In this document: positions 14,202-29,682 of the stretch, piece after piece
Position numbering within the stretch: the stretch's first letter is position 1
Layout of the letters: each line of letters begins with the position of its first letter
Assembly (NCBI GenBank): GCA_951406725.2
Contig: OX597815.1
Coordinates: forward strand, 99,138,001 to 99,202,000
DNA: 64,000 nt
Reading direction: 5' to 3'
DNA from: Octopus vulgaris
Lineage: Eukaryota
Position numbers and translations under genes: made by a program
The notes under the pieces: generated by a model
What the model saw: the letters and a program-made list of their open reading frames with translations, nothing else
Told to the model about the DNA's origin: nothing
The model's database searches: none

Positions 14202-14499
14202 AATATGACCTACTTGTCTGCATAATGTATGTGTGGGTTTGTGTTTGTGTATACATGTACATATATACGTGTGTATGCATGTATGTATGTATGTTCTTCC
14301 TTGTTTTTAATTATTCAAATTCTTCCTCTGTGGAAGGAACTGGTTTCTGACAAAGATACAAAGCTCATCTTAACGTCGGTGTACAGAAGCAAAACTATTT
14401 CAGTTGATCTCCCAGTATTTTCGTAGTTCAATAACTAAAACAATGAAAGAAAGAATATATAAAACGTAAAAATGTAGATTATGCATAATGAGATGTTAC

Positions 14500-14710
14500 A
14501 AACGTGGGCAAACGACAGGCAAAATCAGTAGACATCCAGGTAATACGTCTTGCGATAATGCGATGTGTCACTTTACGTGCTGAGTTTAAATAAAGTTCAT
14601 CTTTACATTTCACCCTTTCTGAGTTCACAAAATACTTTTCTGTCAAATACTGAAACCATTTAATCGACTGTTCCTTGTTTCAAATTTGTAGTTCTTCTTT
14701 TGTAATTGAA
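14500..14710 (+). mobile_element. Degraded SINE A copy
   Basis: ctttacgtgctgagtttaaa...tttacatttcaccctttc...taatcgact. Confidence 0.55.
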
Positions 14711-15156
14711 ATCCATATTGATTGAGTTAAAACTTTTGCTTCGCAGTTACGTCATTTCCGGTTATATTCCCACTGTGTAGCGCTTTGGACAATTTCAAAA
14801 CAATCTTGGCTTCGACCAAAGACTTGTAGGTTGAATTCAATCGCCGGAAACTGTGTGGCTGTCCACCATGGCAAAATTCCTTGCTCATTGGTTCTAAAGT
14901 CAATATGCTACATGGTTTATATTTACTAATTGCTCTTCCTAGTGTTCAGTGGAATACAAGGCATTGTAAGCATTCAATCCACTTCTTAAATCTAAGGGTA
15001 ACATCTACTTCCCTTCTGAAAAAGTCTCTATCGAAGAGGGTCATTGACATTGCTGTTCCGTCTTTCACTAATCCATTTAAACATTTTAAACGATCAACAA
15101 TAATTATAAACTTGTTTATTTCATACTTAATTTGCTCATATATATAATTTGTTGTT

Positions 15157-15365
15157 AAAGTGGTGAGCTGGTAGAATAGTCCGAACGCCGAAAAGACAGA
15201 CTAACTGTCGATAAGCATTTTGTCCGTCTTTACGTTCTGAGTGCAAATACCGCTGAGGTCGGCTTAGCTTTTCAGGGTCTAGAAAATGGATACCTGTTGA
15301 GTACTGAGGTCAATGTAATCGACTTACACCAACTCTAAAATTGCTGGCCTTGTGCCAAAATTTTC
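15157..15365 (+). mobile_element. SINE A copy
   Basis: ggtgagctggtagaat...tacgttctgagtgcaaataccgctgaggtcgg...ttgctggccttgtgccaaaa. Confidence 0.85.
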
Positions 15366-15949
15366 TATAATCAATATTTGTAATTTTATATATAGTTGCT
15401 TTGTGATGAATTAATTTTTGTATTTATTTCTGATTTGAAAAGAGATTATTAGTTTATATTACAATAGTAATATCACTCTAACTTTAACTTAAGCAATCGT
15501 TTACACAATAAGAAGTGACTGAGAATAAAAGGCTGTAGGTAGTCATAGTAGTAGCATGATAACGGTAAGGGGAGAAGGGGAGGAAGGGAGTGACATAATG
15601 CTGATTACTGCTACTGGCAGAGCTACTGTCACTATAACATTACAACCACATATTTTTTAAAATATTTTCCTCTATTTGTAAAGATAGTCATTGCAACAAG
15701 TACAATTTGAAATAAATTCTTAAATATATGTGGTATATCAGTGGTTTCAGATGTGATGTGCCAGATACCTTAAGTATCAGAAATGGCTTTACTTAAGACA
15801 TATCATGTTTTAGCATAAAATCGAAGCTAGTTAATTTTTTTAATGAATTTACTAAAATAAATTCGTATTGAATTAATTTGATTTGTAAGTACGGTCTCAA
15901 ATACCTTGGAAAGTTAGCAGGGATTCCAATTTTTACAAAAATGTGATGC

Positions 15950-16490
15950 TCAATACCTTAGTAAAATAGTTAAAAAGTATCAAAACAACACAATGCTAAC
16001 ACAAAAGTAAGGCTCAATATTGACTCGTCAACCTTTAATATACTTGGTAGAATATTATGGCTGCAAAACGAAATACAGTTTCCTTGTTAGTATTTAATAT
16101 TTACGTACCAGTTGCCAGGAGTGATTTTAATATGTAATCAGTTTATTCAATAGTGTTACACCGCTAAACTTGGTGGGTATTAAAGTAATGCGTTCGTGGG
16201 TTGGATGTGGTTATGATGAAAGGTCAATAATTTTTGAAATATGTATATACACCAATTACCTACTTGATAACAATTATTACATAGACGTATTCGTATACGA
16301 AACGTTGTAAAATTCAATGCTTACTCTGAAGTATATAGGAAATTTGCAGAAATAAACTCTAAAAAATGAAAACAATCCAATGTTAACACAAAAAGAAGGC
16401 ACAATATTAACATGTAAACTTTTAATATACTTTGTAGTATATTATAGTTTGAAAATGAAACACTGTGGCCTTGCTAACGATTAATACTAA
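15950..16490. repeat. Diverged direct repeat, ~120 bp units ~388 bp apart
   Basis: aaaacaacacaatgctaacacaaaagtaaggctcaatattga... (15982) versus aaaacaatccaatgttaacacaaaaagaaggcacaatattaa... (16369). Confidence 0.75.
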
Positions 16491-16844
16491 AACAGTGTAT
16501 ACATGAATTGTCAGATTTTATAGCGATTTCACAATGGAGATATATATTTCATATTTTTCATGGACGTGGTGCGAGGAGTTGGCATTAAAACGAAAAAGAT
16601 AGTGAAGAAATTACTTATCTATATAACATTAAAATATATGTTTTGTAATTTATATAATTAAGCACATGAGAAGACTGATCTTGGACGTGCTCCGTAGATC
16701 TGAACATTTCCAAAAGTATTTGTTGCACCTTGCAATGGTAATCAGTCTATTTATTGCTGATTTCGGCAGTGGCTGGGGTTGGTGACCTTCACGTTTCCTT
16801 CTTTGTTGTTTGATTATTATTGTTGATTACATGCCGTGACTAGT

Positions 16845-17500
16845 GCTCAGCAGGTAGTTATTTTATCAACCGCAAAAGGGATGAACGGCAGTTAGCCTCG
16901 GCGGCATTTGAACTCTAAACATAAAAATGGGCGAAATGCCGCTAAGCATCTTGCCCGCCGTGAATTCACCACACATTCTTTTCTACTCTAGGCATAAGGC
17001 CCGAATTTTTGGGGGGAGAGGGCCAGTCGATTAGATCGACCCCAGTACGCAATTGGTACTTAATTTTTCAACGCTGAAATGATGAAAGGCAAAGTCGACC
17101 TCAGCGGAATTTGAACTCAGAACATAAAGACAGACGAAATACTGCTAAGCATTTCACCCAGCGAGCTAACATTTCTGCCAGCTCGCCGCACTCTGAATTC
17201 ATCACATATTGAATACGTTTACCTAACTGGATCATAATCAGGAAGATATGTTGAAAAATACGGATAATATTAATCAACTAGTAATATTGGTTTCAATTTT
17301 TGACACAAGGCCAGCAATTACGGAGTGGGGCAAAGTTAATTACATCGACTGCAGTGCACAACTGGTACTTATTTCATCGGCCCCAAAAGGATAAACGGTA
17401 AAGTCGAGGTCAGCAAAACTTGGACTTAGAACATAAAGGCGGACAAAACGTCGTTAACGTTTTTGCCAGGCGTGCTAGCGATTCTGCCAGCTCGTTGCCT
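16845..17500 (-). mobile_element. Cluster of three SINE A copies
   Basis: Copies at ~16845-16960, 16978-17190 and 17290-17500. The middle copy is flanked by an imperfect TSD, tgaattcaccacacatt / tgaattcatcacatatt. Confidence 0.88.
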
Positions 17501-18942
17501 TCTGGTCTCTTGGTAATATTAATATTTCTTAAACGTATGAATATTTCTCACTCGCTTTGTAACGTTCACTGTGTTAGATATGTGAGGTTAGTTTAATTTG
17601 CTATAATAATTCCGTTGACATATAGTTGTCATCAGAAGAATATTAACCCTCTAATTATTATTTTATGAAGAAGACTGGCAAAGTTGATAGTGGTGGAATT
17701 TGAACGCAGAACCTACTTTATAAGTAAATATTACAAGGCATTTCGATTGACACTCATACAGTTCTGCGAATCCTACCACCGCGGATCACGAGAGGAGTAA
17801 TACAGAAGGGTCTGATATATATAATACAGAAAAAGTTAGATGTCGTTCTCTATGAATACCAACAAGACAAGTTCTTCGATATGCGGTAAGATGGAAAGGT
17901 GAAAACTTATCCATGTAAATATTACAGGAAATCCGTATCTAGGTGAATATAAGATCTAAAACCAACATTGAAGGAATTTTCTTCACGTACTATATTTATA
18001 TAATGAGAACGCTAACGTATTTGTATTTAGTATCCAGAACGCTCGCTTAGGGTATTTCCCTCAGCTTTATTCTAATATATATTAGAATTAATATTAATAT
18101 AGAAGTACGATGACTAAAACGACCTTCAAGGCAGTTGAAACACACAAATGTTGTCTACTAAAATAGGAAATAGAGGCTTTACGACCTAATCAATCCTACA
18201 TTTGCTCCTCGACCACCCGCATTTGATATATCAGTTACAAATTGAAATACCTGAAGAAAATATCTGCCTCGATAATGGAAACTGTCAAAATTGCATTCAG
18301 TTATATTAAGGTAGATCTATGCTTCGTCAAATATATTAGATGGCTTCATAAGATATGAATATATATATATTCATTTAGAGATCTCCATTAAGGCATGCGC
18401 GAGTTTGTGTGTGTGTTTGTATGTACAGAGGCATATATGTGCGTGTGTGTGTATGTATATACAGAAGCATATATGTGTGTGTATCTATATATATGTATAT
18501 ATGCATGTGTGTGTGTGTATTTGTTTGTGTGTATATGCAGAGGGTACAAACACATATATACACAGTTTTATATGAAAGAGAGAGAGAGACAGACAGAGAG
18601 ACAGAGACATACAGACAGACAGACATGGGGAAAGAAAGATAGGGAGAGAGAGGGGAGGAGAGAAAATAAGATATACGTTTCTGTAACAGAATATTTAGAC
18701 TAATTAAAGAAAAGCGTATATGTGTATATAGATCTGGAAAGGATATGCTATTACAATGACTTATACAAGTATTTATAAACACAGACGTACATTTAAATGC
18801 ACACGTTTATATATGCACAAATACACACTCACACACATACACTCAGGGATATAAACATAGATACAAACAATGCTGACTTCCTAAATAGATAGACATCCTT
18901 GAGTATGTGTGTGTGTGTGTATATATTCATATATATATAAAT

Positions 18943-19030
<88 letters not shown>

Positions 19031-20140
19031 CATATACACACGCACACATACGTAAGTTTATATGTATATATGTATGTGTGTATGTATGTAAGTATATGTC
19101 AATGTATGTACGTTGTTTGAAAATATCGATGAAATTATTTAAAATTTATTTTAATTATAATTTGCAAATTTTTTAAAATTGTTTTTGAATTCACCTTAAT
19201 AACTTTATTATTCCAAACATGCTCCAAGTGTCTTATAGGAAGATTCGAAACAGATTCTCATGAAAAGTAAGATTAAATTAGAACGCAGTTATGCTTTCAA
19301 ATACAGTATATCTAAACGAAAATATATTTCCCATATACAAAGATATATTAATATACGTATGTATGTATGTATGTATGTATGTATGTATGTATGTATGTAT
19401 GTATGTATGTATGTATGCATGTATGTATATATGTATGCATGCATGTATGTATGTATGTATGTATGTATGTATGTATATATAGAGAGAGATACACACACAC
19501 ATTTTGAAATAATATGCTATTATAAGCTATTATAATGAGTTATACAAGTATTTATAAACACAAAATATATATGTATGTATGCAGATTTATAGTCTGTGCA
19601 TGCGAATACGTATGTATGTAGATAGGTAGGTAGGTATGTATGTATGCAATTTATAGTCTGTGCAGCGTTTTGTTCTCAGATCGACATGTGTGGTACACAG
19701 TATATTATTGTTTACTTGACTTGTCAAAGTCTACCATTACACTAATAGATGCTCCTCACCACAAACACAAAAAGTAATACACCTATTACATTTAAAGAAA
19801 CACAGTCGCACTAATCAAAATACATATTAAGTCCATATAAAAAATATAGAAAATGTGATAAGGTACATAGAAAATCTTTGAAAAGCTAATTAATAACAAA
19901 GGTAGTATGATCAATTTGTGTGTCGTTTATATTGAGGAAGTCACCATCCCAGCTTTCAACAATGAAACGGTGTGTACGTCTGAGTAAGTGGATGTGTATG
20001 TGTGCGTGCGTGTACGCTCGCGCATACTAATTCTTCAGTTTTGTCTTAAATAGTATCAACAGGTGTGGAATTTAATATAAACTCTGCATCCTGGTGCTAT
20101 TCTGCTATCCCACCTCCATCTCTTCTTGCTGATGCTGATG

Positions 20141-20232
<92 letters not shown>
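20141..20232. repeat. (TAC)n microsatellite
   Basis: Direct reading. Confidence 0.97.
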
Positions 20233-20280
20233 GCATCTAATAAAAATTATAATTATAATTATAATATTAATGATAATAAG

Positions 20281-22087
20281 CTAGAAAGAAAAATCTAACA
20301 ATAGCAAGGGTAGACTACAAAAAAGCCTATGAGCCTATGACATCATCCCATGCTCATGGATAGGTGAATGTTTGAGAATATTCAGTATAGCAGACAATAT
20401 AAGATAATTAATTAGCTTTAGCACGGGGAAGTGGAAGAGAGGAGTTTTCCAAGGAGACTCGTTATCCCCTTTAATATTTATCTTATGTTTGATCCTCCGC
20501 AGTTTAGTATCAATGAAGACAAAGGCAGGGCATAATTTCAGAAATAGTGAGAGAAGAATTAACCATTAATTAACTATATGGATGATCCGAAGCCTTTTAG
20601 TAAGAACGAAAAAGAGAAAGATTGCAGACTGTAAGACATTTCAACGAAGATATAGGCATGGAATTTGGCATAGATAAGTGTGCAATATTAGTCATGAAAA
20701 GGGGACAGGTAGTCAACAGTGAAGTCATCCAATTACCAGATGGTCAGACATTAAAACCCTTAAAAGAAGGAGAGAATTATAAGTATCAAGGTGTATTAGA
20801 ATCTGAAAGAGTACTAATTATAGAATGAAAACGAAAATTTGGAAAATGTACATCGGAAGAGTAAAGAAGCTAATGAAATCAAAGCTAAATGGTCCAAATC
20901 TAGTGAAAACTGTAAATAGTTGGGCAGTATCTTTACTAAGATACTCAGAGCATTTGTAGATAGGACAAAAGCTGAATTAGCAAAGCTAGGCAGAACTACG
21001 AAGGGATTCAATATGAATGGGGGTCTCCGCCCAAGGGCAGAAGTAGCGAGATTGTTATTACCTAGAAAGGAAGGGGAAAGTGGGCTAATATAAGTAGAAG
21101 ACTGCGTGGAGTTAGCTAGATTACATATAGATTCCTATATAGGTAATAGTGAAGAAGGTTTATTAAGAGCTGCAAGAGTCACAGCAAGACAGAGGGAAAA
21201 CTAAAAAAAACAGACAAAGCTAAAATCCAGGAAAAAGAACAAAAGTTATCTGAATGTCAGGAGAAGGCGTTGCATGGTAGGTTACCAAAGATAGTTGCAG
21301 CAAATAGTAGTAGTGAGACATGGTCATGGTTGCATAAAAGAATAGCCGAAAAGGGAGACAGAAAGTAGGTTAGTAGCAGCACAAGATTAAGCATTAAGGA
21401 GTAATTGGATAAAAACTTTGAAGAATTACCATGCGCGTGCGCACACGCACGCACACAAGTAGACTCCTAATGTAGGTTATGCAAATCAAAGGAGGAAATT
21501 TTACTAATTTAGTAAGTGAATGTAGCATGCTGACGAAGAAAGAATACAAGAAAAGCCATGACGACCTAGGGAGAGTAAGCTTCTGGGAGTTATAGAGAAA
21601 GCTGATGGATGGTATGAACATGAACTTAGTAAAGTATTGCAAAGCAATAGACATAAGATTTGTGGGACTTTAACATTCAGACTGACAGATTAATTGAAGC
21701 TAGAAGGCCTGATTTAGTAGTAGTAGACAAAGGGGATTGAAAGTGCCAGATCATTGACTTTACGGCCCCATATGATGAATAAATCAATATGAGAGGTATA
21801 GAAAAAATAGAAAAATACCAGGACCTTGCCATTGAATTACATAGACTATGGAAAGTACGGGTAAAATGTATCACAGTAGTTATAGGTGCATTGGGAACTG
21901 CCTCTAAAGATTTGAACAGATGGATAGAGGAAATAGATATAAAACGCAGTTTAATGCAGTTCGAGAAAATAGTTTTATTAGTGACAGCTAAGATACACAG
22001 GAAGGTTCCTGGCATCTAAGGTTACTTGTTGTGGCCCGATGTCAGTAATTTTTCTTTTCCAACAGTCTACTTTGTTGTGTGCATATG

Positions 22088-22088
<1 letters not shown>
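20281..22088 (+). mobile_element. R4/Dong-clade LINE family 1, 5'-truncated and degraded (RT + CCHC + RLE)
   Basis: Motifs VDYKKAY, FQGDSLSPLIF, YMDD, GMEFGIDKCA, RPDLVV..IIDFTAP, EKIEKYQDLAIEL, VVIGALG and KVPGI*. The short 3'UTR runs into (TAA)n. Confidence 0.88.
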
Positions 22089-22318
<230 letters not shown>

Positions 22319-22319
22319 A

Positions 22320-23325
22320 CACGTGCAAAACAATGTGACAACAGAAATGAACGGACCGGTAACCTACGAAAATGACGACCGTCAAAATAAAGGGCCGGAC
22401 GTTGTTCCTCGTGTTCCGCAAATAAAACCAAAAAGGCATAAATGGACACGTGAGGATTATATTTCAATCCTACACGCTTACCTTACAGCAGTGCTCTACC
22501 CAAAGAATGAAAACACAACAGCATATACATATACAATATGGAAGAAAAATAACCTAAATAAAGACTTGGATACAACAATGAACCCTAATAAACTAGCTAA
22601 CATACGAAGATATATTCTCAACGCAAAAAATATCGGAAATAGAAATAGAATATTCAAAAGAAAAAATACATCAGGAAAATGTAGACAGAAGCCACAATAT
22701 CAAATATTATAAACACTGAGATAGTAAAACACGAAGACAAACGTAACATTTCCAACAAAATGAAGTAAACAAAAAGCAACAAACCCAGACCGTAGGGATG
22801 CATAATAATGTACAAAAAGCACCAATCCAAAACACCACAAACAAACATACGAATGAGAAAGAAAGCTAAACAAATCTAAAACCTGGAAACAACGAAGGGG
22901 AACTAATGATTATGATACTATAAAAACTAGAATAATCAAAGAACTGAAAACCACAGATCTCAGAATGGACCACCGACCATACCTCCCAAAAATCAAAATA
23001 GACAACAAAACAACATCAATAATAAATAGCATAAACCTGGCCGTCACAGAACTAATAGCCACTGAAACAAATGGCAATGTCACTGAGCTAAATGACATAG
23101 TATATGCAGCAGCCACTACCACAACAAAAGAAGCTGGATACTCCCTCAAACCCATCCAAAGAGGAGTACCACCACCCAAACACCTCTGATAAATAACAGC
23201 CAAAAAAACATACAAAAAATGAAAAAGATCTGTCGATTTTTCGCGAAATTAGTAGACAATCAACGCTACTAAGCAACAAAAAGAAAACAAAAATGTTGTT
23301 CAAATACAATGTATCTGACACTAGC
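22320..23325 (+). mobile_element. R4/Dong-clade LINE N-terminal region (probably family 2)
   Basis: KRHKWTREDYISILHAY...W...NKLANIRRYIL (Myb-like N-terminus), then RPYLPKIK...TELNDIVYAAA...PP.H; frameshifted. Confidence 0.75.
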
Positions 23326-23354
23326 AATGGTGTTAGGGACAACGGCAGCAGTTA

Positions 23355-23530
23355 TGGAGGCGCAATGGCAGCGGACTCACGGTCGTAAGAACGCGGCTTC
23401 GATTCCCATACTGAGCATTGTGAGTGTTTATTGAGCAAAAATACCTAAGCTCCACGAGGCTCAGGCGGGGTGTGGTGATGAACCCCGCTGTACTCTTTCA
23501 CCACAACTTTCTCTTACTCTTTCTTCCTAC
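23355..23530 (+). mobile_element. tRNA-derived SINE (family C), head partly deleted
   Basis: ggaggcgcaatggc...gcggactcacggtcgtaag..cgcggcttcgattccc has A/B-box-like motifs, followed by ttgtgagtgtttattgagcaaaa.acct. Confidence 0.6.
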
Positions 23531-23825
23531 TTCTACCACAAAGCAGAGGAACCATGGTGTAACCCACTATGGTGTAACTCACTATGGTGTGGTAAACTTT
23601 TAGACCCTGGTCTAGATTGCGAATCCTCTGTACCCCTGGATGGTTCAGCTCGCCACCCGTTAAAAGCCACCGTTTACGGAATGAGGATAACAACGTAACT
23701 TTCACGCCCGTGCAACCGCCAGTCTATCGAGTGTGGTGAGTGGATCTTCAAGTTGCCACACGCATTCTTCGAGTAGACTCGAATTAGAGATTATTCTTTG
23801 TGGCTAATGGCGTGAGTCCTGTTTG

Positions 23826-23889
23826 GAAGAAGAAGAAGAAGAAGAAGAAGAAGAAGAAGAAGAAGAAGAAGAAGAAGAAGAAGAAGAAG

Positions 23890-23921
<32 letters not shown>

Positions 23922-24005
23922 AAACAACCACAACAACAAAAACAACAAAAACAACAACAAGTAGAACAAGAAGAAGAGCAAGAACAAGAACAAGAACAAG
24001 AAGAA
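23826..24005 (+). repeat. (GAA)n-(CAA)n microsatellite in frame with the downstream Dong ORF
   Basis: ORF 23823..24065 reads poly-E/poly-Q and then EAIKQIKSKLKLEQQRT. Confidence 0.9.
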
Positions 24006-25030
<1,025 letters not shown>

Positions 25031-25038
25031 GCTAATAA

Positions 25039-25645
25039 TTGGCTAAGAAGGAATATATTCACAGACATGACAGAGTTGGAACCTACATACATTGGAAGCT
25101 ATGCCAACATTATGGAATAACAACAGAAAAAAGATGGTATAGGCACACACCAGAAAAGGTTACAGAAAACGAGAAAGCAACCATACTCTGGGATATGCCG
25201 ATACACACAGATAGAGAAATTAAGGCCAACAGACCAGATATAGTTGTCAGAGATCATGAAGAAAAAAAATGCTTTCTAATTGATGTATCAATACCGGCTG
25301 ATGACAACGTGTCTCTAAAAGAAATGGAGAAACTCTCAAAATACAAAGACCTGGAAATAGAGGTAACTAGAATGTGGAATCTGAAAACAGAAACAATTCC
25401 TATCATAGTAGGTGCATTAGGCATGATAAAAAATATTCATACAAATACATAACAAAAACACCAGGACTTACAAACACATATAACATACAGAAAATTGCAC
25501 TACTAGGCACTGCACACATCCTACGCAGAACACTTTCCATACAATAACCATCAGAGCATCACAACAAATCACAGTACATACCCAAGGCACACAGAGCTGT
25601 GCTTGGTAGTGAAGTGAAAGCACGCTATAAAAATAAAACTACTGA
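25039..25645 (+). mobile_element. Dong family 2 3' fragment (RLE + 3'UTR), young copy
   Basis: EYIHRHDRVG..HWKLC...ANRPDIVV...CFLIDVSIP...EKLSKYKDLEIE...PIIVGALG, with (TAA)n on both sides. Confidence 0.93.
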
Positions 25646-25704
25646 ATAATAATAATAATAATAACAACAACAACAACAACAACAATAATAATAATAATAA
25701 TAAC

Positions 25705-25789
<85 letters not shown>

Positions 25790-25804
25790 GTAATAATAAT
25801 ATTT

Positions 25805-27412
25805 TCTTTATTAATTAAAACAACCGAACACAAAACATAATGGATAATAAACAGACGTGGGACAGTGAGGTTATACATGTAAACAGCAAAACATATTTAA
25901 CAAGGAGAATTACCCAACAATATATAATTCTCCAACAGGGAAGGTTATACGCGTAAACAGCAAAAGACAACAATTAACAAGGAAAATTACCCAATAATAT
26001 ATAGTTCTCCAATAGGTGGGAGATCCCGTCCAAAGGAAGGAATCAGGGTAATCTTTACGATGGACTCGGATGATAGCCAGATCCGTCCTACAAATTGCAA
26101 TAACTGTTCGACGAAGCTCCACAAGTCCGCAATGAGTGGATACTGTACTAATGCATGCAGAACGGTTTCCTTGCTCCGCATGCACCTCGGACAGGACCGT
26201 CTGTCTGCATATCCGTGCCTATAGAGCTTATCACGAACCGGCAGTGCCAACCGGTAGCACTGTCAGGCCAGAGATTTCTGGAAATTATCCATAGGTCCCG
26301 ACCCGAAAGTACTCCGGAAGAAACCAGCCAGTTGATGTCACTCAACGCCCAGAGACTCTCTGAGATCGTTGTCGCTGTTGCCCTCCACTAATCCCCTACA
26401 GAACTTCCACCGACCGTATTGTCCAACCGGACGAGGGCTGTGAGCCCTTGGAGACACTCTAGGTGCCCAGCGCCTTTTCTCGATCTACGCCTGATCCAAG
26501 ACTTTAGCTCCATCAAGGAGACGAGCTCCGTTGTTGTTGCTGCTGCTGATGTCTAACAAACGGCGACCACACTTGCTCACCGCCAAGGTATCGCTGGAGA
26601 TGTCGCAGCCTAAGCGCATGTCGGCGCATCATCACCCACGGCATGTCCAGTCCTCCACGCAACGGGTGCTGACAACAAATGGATCATTTGACAAGCGGCA
26701 CCCTTCCCTTCCATAAGAAGCTGAAGAGCAAATGCACCAGCCTGTTTAGCCACGAAGTGGGGTAAGTGAAGACAGTCGGGCGGTAGTATATGGTGGATGC
26801 GATGTACGCATTCGCCACCTCCACCGACCTTTCAGCTCACTTCTAGGTGAGACTGGACATCCTGTCTGTCACCTCTCCCCAGTCCTTGTCCACTTGGAGG
26901 TTCGGACCAAACCAGGTCCCCAGCAACTTAACCGGTCCTTCCGTCCAGCGCCCCACAACCCTGTCGAACCTGCCTCTCCAGGTGCCGAGCTGCAGGCTCA
27001 CTGATTTCTCCAGGTTAATCATTGCACCTGTCACCGCTTCGTATTACCTTAAGGTAATGCCGACCATTTCTATTTCAGAGACATCCGACACTATCTTGGT
27101 GACATCGTCCGCATACGCCGACACATCTCTTCTGCATCCTAGCTAACACGAGATGCCCCTCGAAACATCCAGCTTCTGCAGTAATGGCTTGAGTGCCAGT
27201 ATGTAGAGAAGAGGTGAAAGTGGGTATCTTTGACGGACTGAACGGGCGATGCTAAACGATTCCGACAGGTGGCCATTTACTTTGACCACCGAACAGATGT
27301 CGCTGTACATTGCAGCAATTCAGCCTCTGAAAACGGGACCGAAGCCAGTCTCCGTAAGGACAGCCTCCAAATTGATTAGGGCTCCACTCATGCCAGGCTC
27401 TTTGATTCTACC
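25805..27412 (-). mobile_element. Tx1/L1-clade LINE ORF2 3' fragment, degraded
   Basis: SVRQRYPLSPLLY.LAL.PL, AYADDV, INLEKS, VKLLGTWFG, and zf-RVT-like ALPVRDKLYRHG...CPRC..KETVLHAL. GC-rich, with AATAAA near the 3' end and a ~75 bp tandem duplication at 25870-26015. Confidence 0.85.
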
Positions 27413-27639
27413 AGCTAACAACAACAATAATAACAATGATTATGATGGTTACTTTTATTGACCACAGGGGTCCGAAACATTGTGAGTAATATCAAAGGAT
27501 GAATTACTGCAAATGCGGTATGATGTAAAAGGTGGTGTTTACAGCGATCAAAAGAAACCAACATTAATGAATACATAATGAACGATATAGACGTTGTCTT
27601 CCAAATATTCCTCAACCGTGATCAATCTAACTAGTGTAA

Positions 27640-28000
27640 TTTTAGGAAATCCAGCAGTCATCTAAAGTGCACTCTCCCAATTTCTTTTCTCTTAGAAATG
27701 TATGATCAGAATAGGCTCGTTTAGTCAACATTTTTCCCATTCGAATTCTCTTTTCGAAAAATACACTCGATGGCAGATTGCATTCGTTAACCTCACCTTC
27801 CTCTTCTAAAGGTTTCTGAAGAGATTCCTCGCATCAAACCTTTCAGGTGAGTCTGCCATACAAAGTCTTTCGCCATAACCAATAAGCAGCGAAAGATTTG
27901 CCGATTTTTCCTGCCAAAGCAAAGTGGCGCATCATCTTCATTATAGACTCAGTGTCCAGCCAGATTTGTCCTAAACATGAAAGTAGTTATTCAATGCAGG
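27640..28000 (-). mobile_element. Possible ancient RTE-like RT remnant
   Basis: Minus strand gives LYNEDDAPL (YADD-like) and later EV..C...SSVF...EW; heavily decayed. Confidence 0.3.
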
Positions 28001-29539
28001 CTCACAAACTGCTAATGCAAATACAGTGAAAGATGGCGTAGAGGAAGACGTCAGGCCCTTGCACGCATCTCGCACACTTTCGGCTGTCGGCACTTCCGGT
28101 ACTGAATAGTTTGACACGCACTAGTAATGCTCTGCCACCACTACAGCACAACTGTACCAAGGATATTTGATGCGAAAGAGATTTCGCTGTTGTTTCTAGT
28201 ACGGTAAGTTTGCAGTATTTGCTTTGAAGGAAATTTCACTGCTGTATTTAGCAGACGATCTCCTTGGCTTGAAATTAAACTATCGTTGACATTTATCTGA
28301 CGCACTAACCATTCTGCCAATCGACCACCGTCGTCATTTCCGCCATAGATCATCTAAAACGAAATCGCAAACATTTATTTCCCTATTTTTAAAGGCGATA
28401 GGGTGTGATTTGAGAGTGATTAAACCAGTATTTCAGACAGGTCGAACGATCATATAATAGCTCTCTCACTAGCTCAAATATTTCCATCATTATCATACCA
28501 CTATCTCAATAGTATGTATTTCCATATTCAAGAGGCGAAAAGATAAACACATTTCTTTTCTTCTCGCTCCTTTTTTCTTTTTTGGTTCTCTTTGTCTTTC
28601 TATTTTTCATGCAATTTTTCTGATTGTTAACATATTTTCCTTGATTTGTATTTTTCTCTATCTTCTTAATCTTTTTGTTTTCTAAGTTTTATTAATCATC
28701 TCATCATTTGCAATCTGAGAACGTCACCACTTTATTGGGTGTTGCTGGTCGACATGGGTAATTTGATATACGGAAGAATCAGGAGTGTCCCACAATGATC
28801 ATGTTAGTGTTATTGATCCATGCATCTCAGCTACTGAGCCACAGCCGGAAGTAACAAGAAGAAAAAAAACACACAAAAACTAGCAAAAAACGTGCAAAAC
28901 AAATTACGATACCACAGACAAAATTTGCTCCATAACAAAACACAAAATAAGGAAAAGCTCAAACGTAAGAGAAGTGGTAATAAAACAAAATAGAAAGTAT
29001 TTGCCAAGAATATATAGGTGAGTAAAAAGAAAAAAACTGAGAAAATTGTATCACTTTTATTCACCATATCACCGGTTAATCTCTTTCACAGAGAGAACGG
29101 GAGGGATAAAGAGTGAGATGAAAATCATATTATAAAAAAGGTAACAAAAATATCAAAGAATAAAAATGGAATGTAATGCATAACCGCACATATTAATATC
29201 GATATAACCCTGTATACACGCGTGCATTCACGAGCGCGCACAAACACAGATATGTGTGCGTGTGTGCGTGTGTGTGTATATATATATATATATCACATTT
29301 GTCTCCATATGTATATATATATATATTTGTGTGTGTGTGTGTCTCACATATGTCTCCATAAGAACATATGGTTTCATACTCAGTTATTACAATAGAAGCC
29401 AAAGAATAACATTTGTATTACTAGCGCTTAAGATTTGTATATTAGCCATGCACGAGTTTGTGTATGTGGCTGCTGTGTGTGTTGGTATATACATATATAT
29501 ATATATATACACATACATACATACACATATATATCTATA

Positions 29540-29607
<68 letters not shown>

Positions 29608-29608
29608 C

Positions 29609-29679
<71 letters not shown>

Positions 29680-29682
<3 letters not shown>

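Noticed and set aside
28700-28860. Coding exon or miRNA
   Set aside because: The frames I checked close quickly, and there is no convincing hairpin or recognised mature miRNA.
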